Of a DNA stretch of 32,000 bases, positions 10,317-19,285 are shown piece after piece. This DNA is from Patescibacteria group bacterium (lineage in GTDB: Bacteria > Patescibacteriota > Patescibacteriia > 2-01-FULL-39-33). Made by a program: the position numbers and the translations under genes. The DNA is taken from the NCBI GenBank assembly GCA_041649575.1, contig JBAZMW010000002.1:30001-62000 (forward strand), in the 5' to 3' direction. The notes below the pieces were generated by a model. That model was not told the DNA's origin, searched no databases, and was given only the letters and a program-made list of their open reading frames with translations. Numbering within the stretch: position 1 is the first letter of the stretch; every line of letters begins with the position of its first letter.

Positions 10317-10973
10317 ATGGATTTGATCAAAGCAATAAAAAACAGACGCAGCGTTAGGACCTTTCAGCACAAACCAGTAGCCAGAGAATTGATCGAGAAG
10401 CTGATAGAGTCGGCTATTTGCGCTCCCTCGGCTTGCAACATTCAGGGCTGGAAATTTATCGTGGTTGATAATCAGGACGTCAAAAAAAGCATAGTAGACG
10501 CCGGCGGCTCGGTTTTGATTGAAAAAGCGCCTTTAGGAATCCTGGTTTTATATAACAACCGAACCCACAATGTCGGCTATCGTGATTATATCCAAAGCGC
10601 GTCCGCGGCGATAGAAAATTTGCTTTTGACCGCCACTAGCGAGGGCCTGGGGGCTTGCTGGATCTGCCATCTGCCTCGGCCTGGGAATTTACGAAAAATT
10701 TTTAATATTCCCAAATCTTTTTCTCCCATCGCCTATCTACTATTGGGTTATCCGGAAAATCAGCCTCAGGCCGTGCCGCGTAAATATCGGCTCGACGAAG
10801 TTATGGCGGTTAATAAGTTTTCTCCAAATTGGCCCAGATTAAAAGTGAGTTGGCTCGGACTAAAGATTAAAAGATTATTAATCGCCATTTATAATTTAAT
10901 GCCAACCATCATTAAGAAAAAATTTTTGAACAAATTAGTTGACAAGAACTTCGTAAAAAAGTTTGAAAATTAG
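10317..10973 (+). CDS. Nitroreductase family protein (FMN-dependent) with C-terminal extension
   Basis: 'IKNRRSVRTFQHKPVARELIEKLIESAICAPSACNIQGWKFIVV...SASAAIENLLLTATSEGLGACWI...AYLLLGYPE' are classic nitroreductase motifs. Confidence 0.9.
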   Translation: MDLIKAIKNRRSVRTFQHKPVARELIEKLIESAICAPSACNIQGWKFIVVDNQDVKKSIVDAGGSVLIEKAPLGILVLYNNRTHNVGYRDYIQSASAAIENLLLTATSEGLGACWICHLPRPGNLRKIFNIPKSFSPIAYLLLGYPENQPQAVPRKYRLDEVMAVNKFSPNWPRLKVSWLGLKIKRLLIAIYNLMPTIIKKKFLNKLVDKNFVKKFEN

Positions 10974-10979
10974 GAAATA

Positions 10980-12395
10980 ATGAAAATAATTTTTATCAAT
11001 CCGCCGGTTAAGAATCTCATTACCGCTAATGTGCCTATGGTGGTAGAGGAGGGAGGCCGTGGCGCGCTGCCGCCTCTAGGTATTTTGTATGTGGCCGCCT
11101 ATTTAAAAAAATATACCAGCAATGAGATTAAAATTTTGGATTTGGAGCTGGAATCTAAAAGCGATGAGGAAATTGGTGATTACCTTTTAAAAGAAAAGCC
11201 CCAGGTCGTCGGCATCACTTTGATTTCCTTTCTTTTGATCGATGTCATTAATTTAATTAGCTTGATTAGGCGCTTTTTGCCAGAAGTGAAAATAATTGCC
11301 GGTGGTCCGCATGCCTGCATTTATCCGGTTGAAACTTTAAATAGTTTGCATGTTGATTATGTCGTCTTAGGCGAAGGCGAATTGCCCTGCTTTGATTTGA
11401 TCAGTAATTTGGATGACCTAGAAAAGTTAAAGAAAGTTAGGGGATTGGTTTTTAAAGATGGTGAAGAAATTATCAATACCGGCCCCAGAGAATTGATTCA
11501 AGATTTAGACTCCTTGCCCTTTCCTGCTCGGGAATTGACAGAGTACAAAAAATATTATTCCACCCTGGCCTTGGCCAATCCGACTACCACCATGTTCACT
11601 TCCAGGGGCTGTCCTTACCAGTGTGTTTTTTGCGACCGGCCACACTTGGGCAAGTTTTTCCGGGCGCGATCAGCAAAGAATGTGGTTGATGAAATGGAAG
11701 AAGTGGTTGGCTTGGGTATTAAAGAAATTTATATTTATGACGACACCTTTACCATTGATCGTCAACGAGTAGTTGATATCTGCGAAGAGATTTTGAGGAG
11801 AAATTTGAAAATTTATTGGGATGTAAGGGCCAGAGTCAATACGGTAGATGAAGAATTGTTAAAACTCATGAAAAAAGCCGGTTGTTCCCGAATTCATTAT
11901 GGAGTCGAATCTGGTGTTGATCGGGTGTTGGAGAACCTTCGCAAAGGCATTACCGTTGAGATGGTCAGGCGCGCTTTCAAAATGACGAAAATAGTTGGAA
12001 TTGAAACGGCAGCTTACTTTATGGTTGGTTGCCCCGGTGAAACTATGGACGATATTAAAAAGTCGGTAGAACTGGCCAAAGAATTAAAGCCGGCCTATGT
12101 TCATTTTTCGGTATTCAGTATTTACCCGGCCACGGACGCCTATCTTAGGGCCTTAAAGGCTGGTTTAGTTAAAAAAGACGTTTGGCAAGAATTTGCCGCC
12201 GCGCCCTCGGCTGATTTTAAACCGCCGCTTTGGGAGGAAAATTTTAGTCGGGAACAGCTAATTGAAATATTAAACCAGGCCTACCGCTCGTTTTATTTGA
12301 GGCCAAGTTATGTCTTTAAAAAATTAGTCGAAATAAAATCATTTAGCGATCTTTGGCACAAGGCAAGGATTGGATTGAAGATCTTTAGGATTTAA
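10980..12395 (+). CDS. B12-binding domain-containing radical SAM protein
   Basis: 'MKIIFINPPVKN..LPPLGILYVAAYL..VGITLISF..IAGGPHACIYPVE..VVLGEGE', then 'FTSRGCPYQCVFCDRPH' (CxxxCxxC), 'IYDDTFTIDRQRV' and 'RIHYGVESG'. Confidence 0.95.
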   Translation: MKIIFINPPVKNLITANVPMVVEEGGRGALPPLGILYVAAYLKKYTSNEIKILDLELESKSDEEIGDYLLKEKPQVVGITLISFLLIDVINLISLIRRFLPEVKIIAGGPHACIYPVETLNSLHVDYVVLGEGELPCFDLISNLDDLEKLKKVRGLVFKDGEEIINTGPRELIQDLDSLPFPARELTEYKKYYSTLALANPTTTMFTSRGCPYQCVFCDRPHLGKFFRARSAKNVVDEMEEVVGLGIKEIYIYDDTFTIDRQRVVDICEEILRRNLKIYWDVRARVNTVDEELLKLMKKAGCSRIHYGVESGVDRVLENLRKGITVEMVRRAFKMTKIVGIETAAYFMVGCPGETMDDIKKSVELAKELKPAYVHFSVFSIYPATDAYLRALKAGLVKKDVWQEFAAAPSADFKPPLWEENFSREQLIEILNQAYRSFYLRPSYVFKKLVEIKSFSDLWHKARIGLKIFRI

Positions 12396-12414
12396 TAAAA
12401 AATTGGTTTTTTAA

Positions 12415-13908
12415 ATGAAAATTCTCCTTATTTCCCTTAATCAACAGGATGTGGAGGAATACAAAAAAGCGCCGACTGATATTAGTGCTCTGGGGGTGAG
12501 GTATCTTTCTTCATATTTGAAGAGCCAGAGCCAGGAGGTAAAAATATTATTTCTAGCCAAACCTTATGGCGTGGCAGAGAGCCAGGAAGAATTAGAACAA
12601 ATTAATAATCTGATAAACGAACAAAAACCAGATTTAATTGGTTTAAGCTTGATGTCCAACCATTTTTTTCGAGCCAAGCAGATAACTAAAAATATAAAAG
12701 AAAAATTTTCCGCTTTACCGGTGATCTGGGGCGGCATTCACCCTACGATTGATCCGGCCGGTTGTTTAGCTTATGCAGATTTAGTCTGCGTGGGAGAGGG
12801 CGAATTACCCCTTAGCCAACTGGCGCAAGGAGATAATTTAAAACAATATCAAAATCTGAACCTGGCCGGGATTTGGTATAAAAAAAATGGCCAGATAGTT
12901 AACGGCGAAAAAGCCGATTTGGTAAAGGAAATAGATAGGCTACCCAATCCCGATTATGATCTGGAAAACCATTACATTATCCATCAGGATAAATTGGTGC
13001 CGCTTTCGATTGAAATTTTTAGGCAGTATTATCCGGCGTCCCGCGGCGATCATCGTTTAATTTCTACCCGCGGCTGCCCTCATGCCTGCGCCTACTGCTG
13101 TAATTCGGTTTTTCGGGATATGTATGGCGGTGGTTATTTAAGAAAGCGCTTCGTGGAACAGGTAATAGCTGAAATGAAAGTAACCAGGGAAAAATTTCCG
13201 TTTTTGAAATCATTCAAGATCATGGACGACAGCTTTACGGTCAACGATCTTGATTGGATAAGAAAGTTCAGCCGCAGGTACCAAACGGAAATAAACTTGC
13301 CTTTCTATTGTTTGATCAGCCCCCTGACAATCACCCAGGAAAAATTGGATTTATTGGTGGCGGCGGGGCTGTCTACGGCGCAAATGGGTCTGCAGAGCGG
13401 TAGTGACAGGATAAATCAGGAGATTTATCTAAGACAGGTTAAAACCGATCAATTCTTGGCCGCGGCAAAACTGCTGGAAAAATACCAAAATCGAGTAAGC
13501 GTTTCCATTGACGTAATTGTGGACAATCCCTACGAAACGGAATCAGACTTGCTGTTGACGGCCGAAATTTTAAACCAGATAAAAAGACCTTTTCATTTGT
13601 CGCTTTTTTCATTAGCTTTTTATCCTGGAACGGAACTCTACCGGCGAGCATCGCAGGATAAAATTTTAGCAAACAATGAAGAATATTTAGACAAGCAATT
13701 TCATTTATTCAAAAAAAATTATTTAAACAAAATTATTTACTTGGTGCCCCATCTGCCGCCCGAAAAAGTTAAGGTTTTATTGGCCAAGAGAAACAAGTTG
13801 TTTTACAAATTTCAGGTAGAGTTGTTGTATCTTTTTTTGACCAAAAAAAATAAGATGCCCTCAATGTTGATTAAGGCAGCCAAAATTTTGAAACATTTAT
13901 TGAAATAA
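12415..13908 (+). CDS. B12-binding domain-containing radical SAM protein (divergent)
   Basis: 'MKILLISLNQQDVEEYKKAPTDISALGVRYLSSYLKSQ..IGLSLMS..IWGGIHPTIDP..VGEGELP', then 'STRGCPHACAYCCNSVFRDMYGG', 'KIMDDSFTV' and 'QMGLQSGSDRINQEIY'. Confidence 0.93.
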   Translation: MKILLISLNQQDVEEYKKAPTDISALGVRYLSSYLKSQSQEVKILFLAKPYGVAESQEELEQINNLINEQKPDLIGLSLMSNHFFRAKQITKNIKEKFSALPVIWGGIHPTIDPAGCLAYADLVCVGEGELPLSQLAQGDNLKQYQNLNLAGIWYKKNGQIVNGEKADLVKEIDRLPNPDYDLENHYIIHQDKLVPLSIEIFRQYYPASRGDHRLISTRGCPHACAYCCNSVFRDMYGGGYLRKRFVEQVIAEMKVTREKFPFLKSFKIMDDSFTVNDLDWIRKFSRRYQTEINLPFYCLISPLTITQEKLDLLVAAGLSTAQMGLQSGSDRINQEIYLRQVKTDQFLAAAKLLEKYQNRVSVSIDVIVDNPYETESDLLLTAEILNQIKRPFHLSLFSLAFYPGTELYRRASQDKILANNEEYLDKQFHLFKKNYLNKIIYLVPHLPPEKVKVLLAKRNKLFYKFQVELLYLFLTKKNKMPSMLIKAAKILKHLLK

Positions 13909-13910
13909 AT

Positions 13911-15098
13911 ATGAAAAAATGGCGACTTAGAATCAAGAGTGTTTTTTTGCTGGTTTGCTGTTATTGTTATTGTCTTATCCGTGGCCGGGCTGACAAAAAA
14001 ATTACCGACCCCAAAAAAATTCTGGTGGTTCAAATGGCCAAGTTGGGCGACATGGTGTGCACCACGCCGGTTCTCCGGGCGGTTAAAGCAAAATATCCTC
14101 AAAGTGAGGTTTATGTCTTGGGTGATGCTGTCAATAAAATTTTATTGCAAAATCATCCTGATGTCGACGGCTATATTGTTTTCGGCGATAATCTTTTTCG
14201 TTTCATTAAAGAACTAAGAAAAATAAAATTTGATTTTGCCTGCGTAGCCGTGCCGGATTTTGACAGTTTGGCTATAATTTATCTCTCCGGCATTCCTTTG
14301 ATTTGCGTTCCGAAAATTACTGACGGTTATTCTCCTTATAACACCAGGCCGTTTAGGCTGGCTTCTAAATTAGTAGTTACCAGAAATTACGGTTTGGAAA
14401 AATATGCGCCCCGGGAATATTTAAAACTTTTAGAGCCGATCGATATCTATACCGATGATACCAAAAAATGGCTGGCCTACTCATCCTGGGCAAAGAAAAA
14501 AGTTGATGAATTTTTTATTGATCGCGCTATTGATAAGAGTAGCGATTTTATTATTGGCTTGTCTCCGGCGGCCGGCAATAAAATAAAGCTGTGGAGTCCC
14601 AAAAAATTCGCCGATTTGATAAATCATATTTGTCATCATTGGCAGGCGAAGATAATTATTATCGGCGCTTCGGCCGATACCCCCTTAGCCAACGAGGTTG
14701 TTAGTCATCTAAATCAAGAGAATCAAGTAATAAATACGGTCGGGGTATTTAATTTGGACGAGCTCAAGGTGTTGATGGCTCAAATGTCCATGTTTATCAG
14801 CGTGGATACGGGCCCAATTTATGTCGCGGAAGCTTTTGAGGTGCCAACCATCGACATTGTCGGTCCGGTTGACGAGAGAGTTCAGCCGCCCCAAGGCCAA
14901 TTCAATAAAATCGTAAAGGTTGAAAGAAAAAAAGCGGAGATGTATATTCTGAATTCCAGAGATTACAATTATCAGGAAGCTAAGAGGCAGGTAGATGAGA
15001 TAAGCGTTGAAATGGTGGTAGAGCAATTTGAGCAACTAGTGAGCGCTATTAATACTGTCGGAAACAGAACTAGAGCTAAGCCCCGCGTTCTAACCTAA
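13911..15098 (+). CDS. Glycosyltransferase family 9 (heptosyltransferase-like)
   Basis: 'KILVVQMAKLGDMVCTTPVLRAVKAKYPQSEVYVLGDAVNKILLQNHPDVD...IIIIGASADTPLANEVV...MFISVDTGPIYVAEAFEVPTIDIVGPVDERVQPP'. Confidence 0.9.
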   Translation: MKKWRLRIKSVFLLVCCYCYCLIRGRADKKITDPKKILVVQMAKLGDMVCTTPVLRAVKAKYPQSEVYVLGDAVNKILLQNHPDVDGYIVFGDNLFRFIKELRKIKFDFACVAVPDFDSLAIIYLSGIPLICVPKITDGYSPYNTRPFRLASKLVVTRNYGLEKYAPREYLKLLEPIDIYTDDTKKWLAYSSWAKKKVDEFFIDRAIDKSSDFIIGLSPAAGNKIKLWSPKKFADLINHICHHWQAKIIIIGASADTPLANEVVSHLNQENQVINTVGVFNLDELKVLMAQMSMFISVDTGPIYVAEAFEVPTIDIVGPVDERVQPPQGQFNKIVKVERKKAEMYILNSRDYNYQEAKRQVDEISVEMVVEQFEQLVSAINTVGNRTRAKPRVLT

Positions 15099-15133
15099 AA
15101 AAAGTCAAAACTTGAGAATTAAAAAGTAAACCG

Positions 15134-16471
15134 ATGATTTTTTTAAAAAAGATTCTCTCTTTAAGAAACAAGAAATTTGTTCGGGACGCTTCGGTTTTAC
15201 AGCTGGGATCAATATTTTCAACCGGCCTGTCTTTTTTGGCTTCCATTGTTTACGCTCGGATTTTGGGTATAAATGGTTATGCCAATTACGCTTTGATTTT
15301 TGCCTTTGTCAGTTTGACCGGGATTTTTATGAATGTGGGCACTAATGAGACGGCGATTACTCTTTTAGCCGAGGCTTATGCCGAAAACAACAGGGAGAAA
15401 ATTAAAAATCTTTTGACCTATTATATAAAAATAACCTTTTTGTTCGCTTTGGTAGTCGGATTAATAATTATTATTTTTGCTCCGTTTTTAACCTCGCTTT
15501 TTTACCACAACCGAGAAATCGGCCGGCTGGCCAGGATTGTTGTCATCGGCAACATCAGCCAGATTTTTTTCTACATGTACACGATAGTTTTGCAAATCAT
15601 GAGAAAGATAAAGAATCTTACTATTGTTGAAAATTTGAATAAAATTTTTGGCGTGGTTGTTCCTGTCTCCCTGGTTTTAGCCGGCTTTGGCTTAAAGGGT
15701 TTGGTTTTTGGTTATCTTGTAGTCACTCTCTGTTTTGCCTTATTTTCTATATTGGCTTATCGCCGGCTTTGGCTAAGAAGCCAAGTTTTACCTTCCTGGT
15801 TGGAAATTATCGGCAATTTAAGGCGGGTTAAATTGGCCTATTATTTCAAATTCGGTTTTTTAATTGCGGTAGATAAAAATTTGGGCAGTTTGTATAGTAC
15901 TCTGCCAATTTTTATTCTAGGTATGTTTAGTTTCGACCAGGTGGCTTTTTTCAAAATAGCAACGGCCTATGCCGGGCTACCCTCGATCTTAATTAGTCCG
16001 GTTTCTCGTTTATTAATGGTGCAATTGCCAAAGTCAAAAATCTACAGCCTGGCCATTCTAAAAAGAGATTTTGTCAGGTCGTCTTTTGGCGGCTTTCTGA
16101 TTACTTTTGGTGCGGCCTTGGTTCTGGTTTTTCTGGCGCCCATATTGATTCCCTTGGTTTATGGCCAAAGTTATTTATTCGCTATTTGTTTATCCTATCC
16201 TTTGCTGCTTGGCACGGTGATTTCAAGCTGGGGCTTGGGTCTTAGCTCAATTTTTAGAACCTTGAATTTAATGAAAAAATCGATTATAATTAATTTTGTT
16301 TTGATCGTCGCCGGCAGTGGTCTCTTATGCTTTCTGGCTAAAAATTATTCCATTAATGTTTCGGTCTGGGCGATCGCTTTGTGGCTGCCTTTGGCGACAA
16401 TGGTGTTTTTCTTCTATGTCTTAAACTATATGAATAAAAAAATAAAAGTGACTAATGAAACTGGAGAATAA
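15134..16471 (+). CDS. Wzx-like oligosaccharide flippase / polysaccharide biosynthesis membrane protein
   Basis: 'VLQLGSIFSTGLSFLASIVYARILGINGYANYALIFAFVSLTGIFMNVG' is the typical N-terminus; about 12-14 hydrophobic segments. Confidence 0.9.
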   Translation: MIFLKKILSLRNKKFVRDASVLQLGSIFSTGLSFLASIVYARILGINGYANYALIFAFVSLTGIFMNVGTNETAITLLAEAYAENNREKIKNLLTYYIKITFLFALVVGLIIIIFAPFLTSLFYHNREIGRLARIVVIGNISQIFFYMYTIVLQIMRKIKNLTIVENLNKIFGVVVPVSLVLAGFGLKGLVFGYLVVTLCFALFSILAYRRLWLRSQVLPSWLEIIGNLRRVKLAYYFKFGFLIAVDKNLGSLYSTLPIFILGMFSFDQVAFFKIATAYAGLPSILISPVSRLLMVQLPKSKIYSLAILKRDFVRSSFGGFLITFGAALVLVFLAPILIPLVYGQSYLFAICLSYPLLLGTVISSWGLGLSSIFRTLNLMKKSIIINFVLIVAGSGLLCFLAKNYSINVSVWAIALWLPLATMVFFFYVLNYMNKKIKVTNETGE

Positions 16472-17075
16472 AAATTTTTTTGGCACCAAAGAGCTGGTTG
16501 ATTATTGTTTGAAATATGTGACAGGCGAAGTGGCGGATGTCGGGGCCGGCACGGCCAAGTATAAGCCGATGATTTTAAGCCGAGCCTCTTCTTATTTGGC
16601 TTTTGATGTAGTGCCAGGGGAGAAAATAGACGTGGTTGGTGATGTTTTAAACATGCCTTTGTCCAGTGAGAGCTTTGATACGGTTATCTCCACTCAAGTA
16701 CTCGAACACGTCGAAAAGCCATGGGTGATGGTTTCTGAAATAAGAAGAATTCTAAAGCCCGGCGGCGTTTGCGTTCTCACCGCGCCTTTTTTAATTTCTT
16801 ATCATCCTGATCCGACGGATTTTTTCCGTTACACCACCGAGGGCATAGTCTCATTGTTTAAAAATGAGGGTTTCGAAATTATAGAAGCCGGCTCTTATGG
16901 GCGTTTATTTTCTACCTTTAAAGAGATTGTTCGGCTCGGTTATTTCCGCCAAAAACGTTTTAAGGGTCAGGAGTTATTTTTGAAGTACGCACAAAAATTT
17001 ACCCATTGGCTTGACGGCTTTGTTAAAAACAAAAGCATTTATACCAATATTTATGTTATTGCCAGAAAAAAATGA
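16455..17075 (+). CDS. Class I SAM-dependent methyltransferase (Methyltransf_11-like)
   Basis: 'VADVGAGTAKYKPMI..MPLSSESFDTVISTQVLEHVEKPWVMVSEIRRILKPGGVCVLTAPFLISYHPDPTDFFRYT'. Confidence 0.92.
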   Translation: MKLENKNFFGTKELVDYCLKYVTGEVADVGAGTAKYKPMILSRASSYLAFDVVPGEKIDVVGDVLNMPLSSESFDTVISTQVLEHVEKPWVMVSEIRRILKPGGVCVLTAPFLISYHPDPTDFFRYTTEGIVSLFKNEGFEIIEAGSYGRLFSTFKEIVRLGYFRQKRFKGQELFLKYAQKFTHWLDGFVKNKSIYTNIYVIARKK

Positions 17076-18526
17076 AAATCATATTAATTAATCCGCCGGT
17101 TTGTAATGATATCGGCCATAAATTGGCCGATACGCCGCCCCTGGGCTTGCTTTATTTAGCCTCTTTTTTGGAAAAAAATGGCTATCGTGAGGTTAAGGTT
17201 GTCGACGCCGATGTCGCTTTAATGAGCTGGCCCGCCTTAAGAGATTTTTTAATCAAGGAAAAGCCAGAAATAGTCGGGCTGTCTGGCGCTTCATTAGTTT
17301 TGCCGGCTTTGATAAAAACTGCCCAATTAGCCAAAGAGGCTTTGCCCGGTGTCATAACAATCGCTGGCGGCTTCGGACCAACCAAGGAGCCAGAAAAAGT
17401 TTTAAGAGATAGTAGTGGTTCCATCGATTTTATTGTCAGAGGAGAAGGGGAGGTTACTTTACTGGAAATGGTCAAGCAGATTGAAAGCCGGGAGAAAAGG
17501 TATAACCAGATAAAAGGATTGGCTTATCTCGATCAAAATAATTTAGTTATCACTGAAAGCAGGGAGGCAGTCAGGGATTTGGATTCTTTGCCTTGGCCGG
17601 CTTATCATCTTTTAGAACAAAAGTTTTCTGACTACGGCGGTATGCATGCTCGTTACAAGGAGATGGGACGGCCCAACGCTGTTATGATCGCTGCCCGCGG
17701 TTGTCCGCATCGTTGCACTTTTTGTAGTCTGGGCTCGAGGCTGTATCGCCAGCGAAATCCTCGGGATGTCGTTGATGAGATGGAGTCTTATGTTAAGAAG
17801 TTCCAAGCTAAATCCATCCAGCTTTACGATGACGAGTTTGTTGGTCTTAGCCCCAAACAGAATGAATGGATTAATCAGATTTGCGATGAAATAATTAGAC
17901 GCGATTTGGACAAAAAACTTTCTTTTCTGGTTCAGGGACGTTGTAGTCAGTTTGTCGATTTAAAAACTTTGCAGAAAATGCGTCAAGCCAATTTCCGCTG
18001 GATTTGGTGGGGCGTGGAATCAGGTTCTCAAAAAGTTTTAGATTTGATAAAAAAGGATTTAAAAATTGAAAATGTGATCCGCGATTTCTCTCTGGCCAAG
18101 CAAGCTGGAATTAAGTCATTAATGTTTATCATGGTCGGTTTTCCAGGAGAAACGCCAGCCGACATCAAAATGACCGCCGCCTTGGTAAAAAAAATCAAGC
18201 CCGACGACATCGCCATTCATATTGTCACACCATACCCGGGTTCGGAGATGAGAAAATATTTGGAAGAAAATAATTTACTTGAGACCACCGACTATTATAA
18301 ATTCAATACGCGTCGGGACGTAATCCATCATACTCAAGAAATGACTGCCGAAGAAATAAAAAAATATTTTCATCTTCTGGTTTTTCGGTTTTCCAATGGT
18401 CATTGGTATTTTATTAAGTTTTTCTTTAAATCATTGACCACCATCGATGGCTGGAAAAAATTATTCAAAAGGATAAAAATGGCGTTTAGCTATTTTTCCA
18501 GTTGGTTTAAGATTAATGTTAATTAA
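17072..18526 (+). CDS. B12-binding domain-containing radical SAM protein
   Basis: 'MKIILINPPVCNDIGHKLADTPPLGLLYLASFLEKNGY..IVGLSG..IAGGFGPTKEP..IVRGEGEVTLLE', then 'AARGCPHRCTFCSLGSRLYRQRNP' and 'WWGVESGSQKVLDLI'. Confidence 0.94.
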   Translation: MKIILINPPVCNDIGHKLADTPPLGLLYLASFLEKNGYREVKVVDADVALMSWPALRDFLIKEKPEIVGLSGASLVLPALIKTAQLAKEALPGVITIAGGFGPTKEPEKVLRDSSGSIDFIVRGEGEVTLLEMVKQIESREKRYNQIKGLAYLDQNNLVITESREAVRDLDSLPWPAYHLLEQKFSDYGGMHARYKEMGRPNAVMIAARGCPHRCTFCSLGSRLYRQRNPRDVVDEMESYVKKFQAKSIQLYDDEFVGLSPKQNEWINQICDEIIRRDLDKKLSFLVQGRCSQFVDLKTLQKMRQANFRWIWWGVESGSQKVLDLIKKDLKIENVIRDFSLAKQAGIKSLMFIMVGFPGETPADIKMTAALVKKIKPDDIAIHIVTPYPGSEMRKYLEENNLLETTDYYKFNTRRDVIHHTQEMTAEEIKKYFHLLVFRFSNGHWYFIKFFFKSLTTIDGWKKLFKRIKMAFSYFSSWFKINVN

Positions 18527-19285
18527 GTGATTGTGAAAAAAATAATCGTTACAACCAGTTGGGATGACGGCCATAATTTGGATTTAAAGACAGCTTCTTT
18601 GTTAAAAAAATATGACTTACGCGGCACTTTCTATATTCCCAAGCAGTTTAACTCTCGCTTAACAGAGGAAGAGATATTAGAAATTTCTAAAACGCAGGAG
18701 ATAGGCGCCCACACCAAGAGCCACGCTTCGCTTACCGAAATCGATTTGGTTTCAGCGAAACAAGAGATCGACGTCTCTAAAAAATGGTTGGAAAGCCTCC
18801 TAGGGCAACCAATAAAAATGTTTTGTTATCCCAGAGGATTGTATAATGATCAAATTAAAGAGGAAGTCAGAAGAGCTGGCTTTATTGGAGCCAGGAGCGT
18901 TCTTTATGGAGAAGAAATAAAAGATCCCTTTGAATTGCCGGTCAATTTACAGATTTATCCCTTTCCTTGTCGCAAAAGAAATGCCCGCACTCTGCATTGG
19001 TCAAAATTTTTATTTCAGCCGCTAACAAGGAAATTTTCAGTCATCAGAAAAAATCATTTACCCTGGAAATCTTTTTTAAGTTGGAGTAATTTTGCGGAGC
19101 AGTATTTTTTGTCGGTCTTAAGTCGGAGTGGTTTTCTGCACCTCTGGGGCCATTCCTGGGAAATTGAAAAATACGGCATGTGGGGCCAGTTGGAAAAATT
19201 TTTAAAAGTGATCTCTAGCCGTAAAGATACATTATATTTAACTAATTCCGAAGCGATTTGGTATGCGCATCATGGTTCTAACTGA
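18527..19285 (+). CDS. Polysaccharide deacetylase (NodB homology, CE4-like), GTG start
   Basis: 'TTSWDDGHNLDLKTASLLKKYDLRGTFYIP', 'EIGAHTKSHASLTEI' (H-x3-H), 'FCYPRGLYND' and 'HLWGHSWE'. GTG start directly abuts the upstream TAA. Confidence 0.9.
   Translation: MIVKKIIVTTSWDDGHNLDLKTASLLKKYDLRGTFYIPKQFNSRLTEEEILEISKTQEIGAHTKSHASLTEIDLVSAKQEIDVSKKWLESLLGQPIKMFCYPRGLYNDQIKEEVRRAGFIGARSVLYGEEIKDPFELPVNLQIYPFPCRKRNARTLHWSKFLFQPLTRKFSVIRKNHLPWKSFLSWSNFAEQYFLSVLSRSGFLHLWGHSWEIEKYGMWGQLEKFLKVISSRKDTLYLTNSEAIWYAHHGSN

Noticed and set aside
13911-15098. Interpretation as LPS core biosynthesis
   Set aside because: Only the GT9 enzyme hints at it. No lipid A or heptose pathway gene is present in the window, so the annotation is kept at family level.
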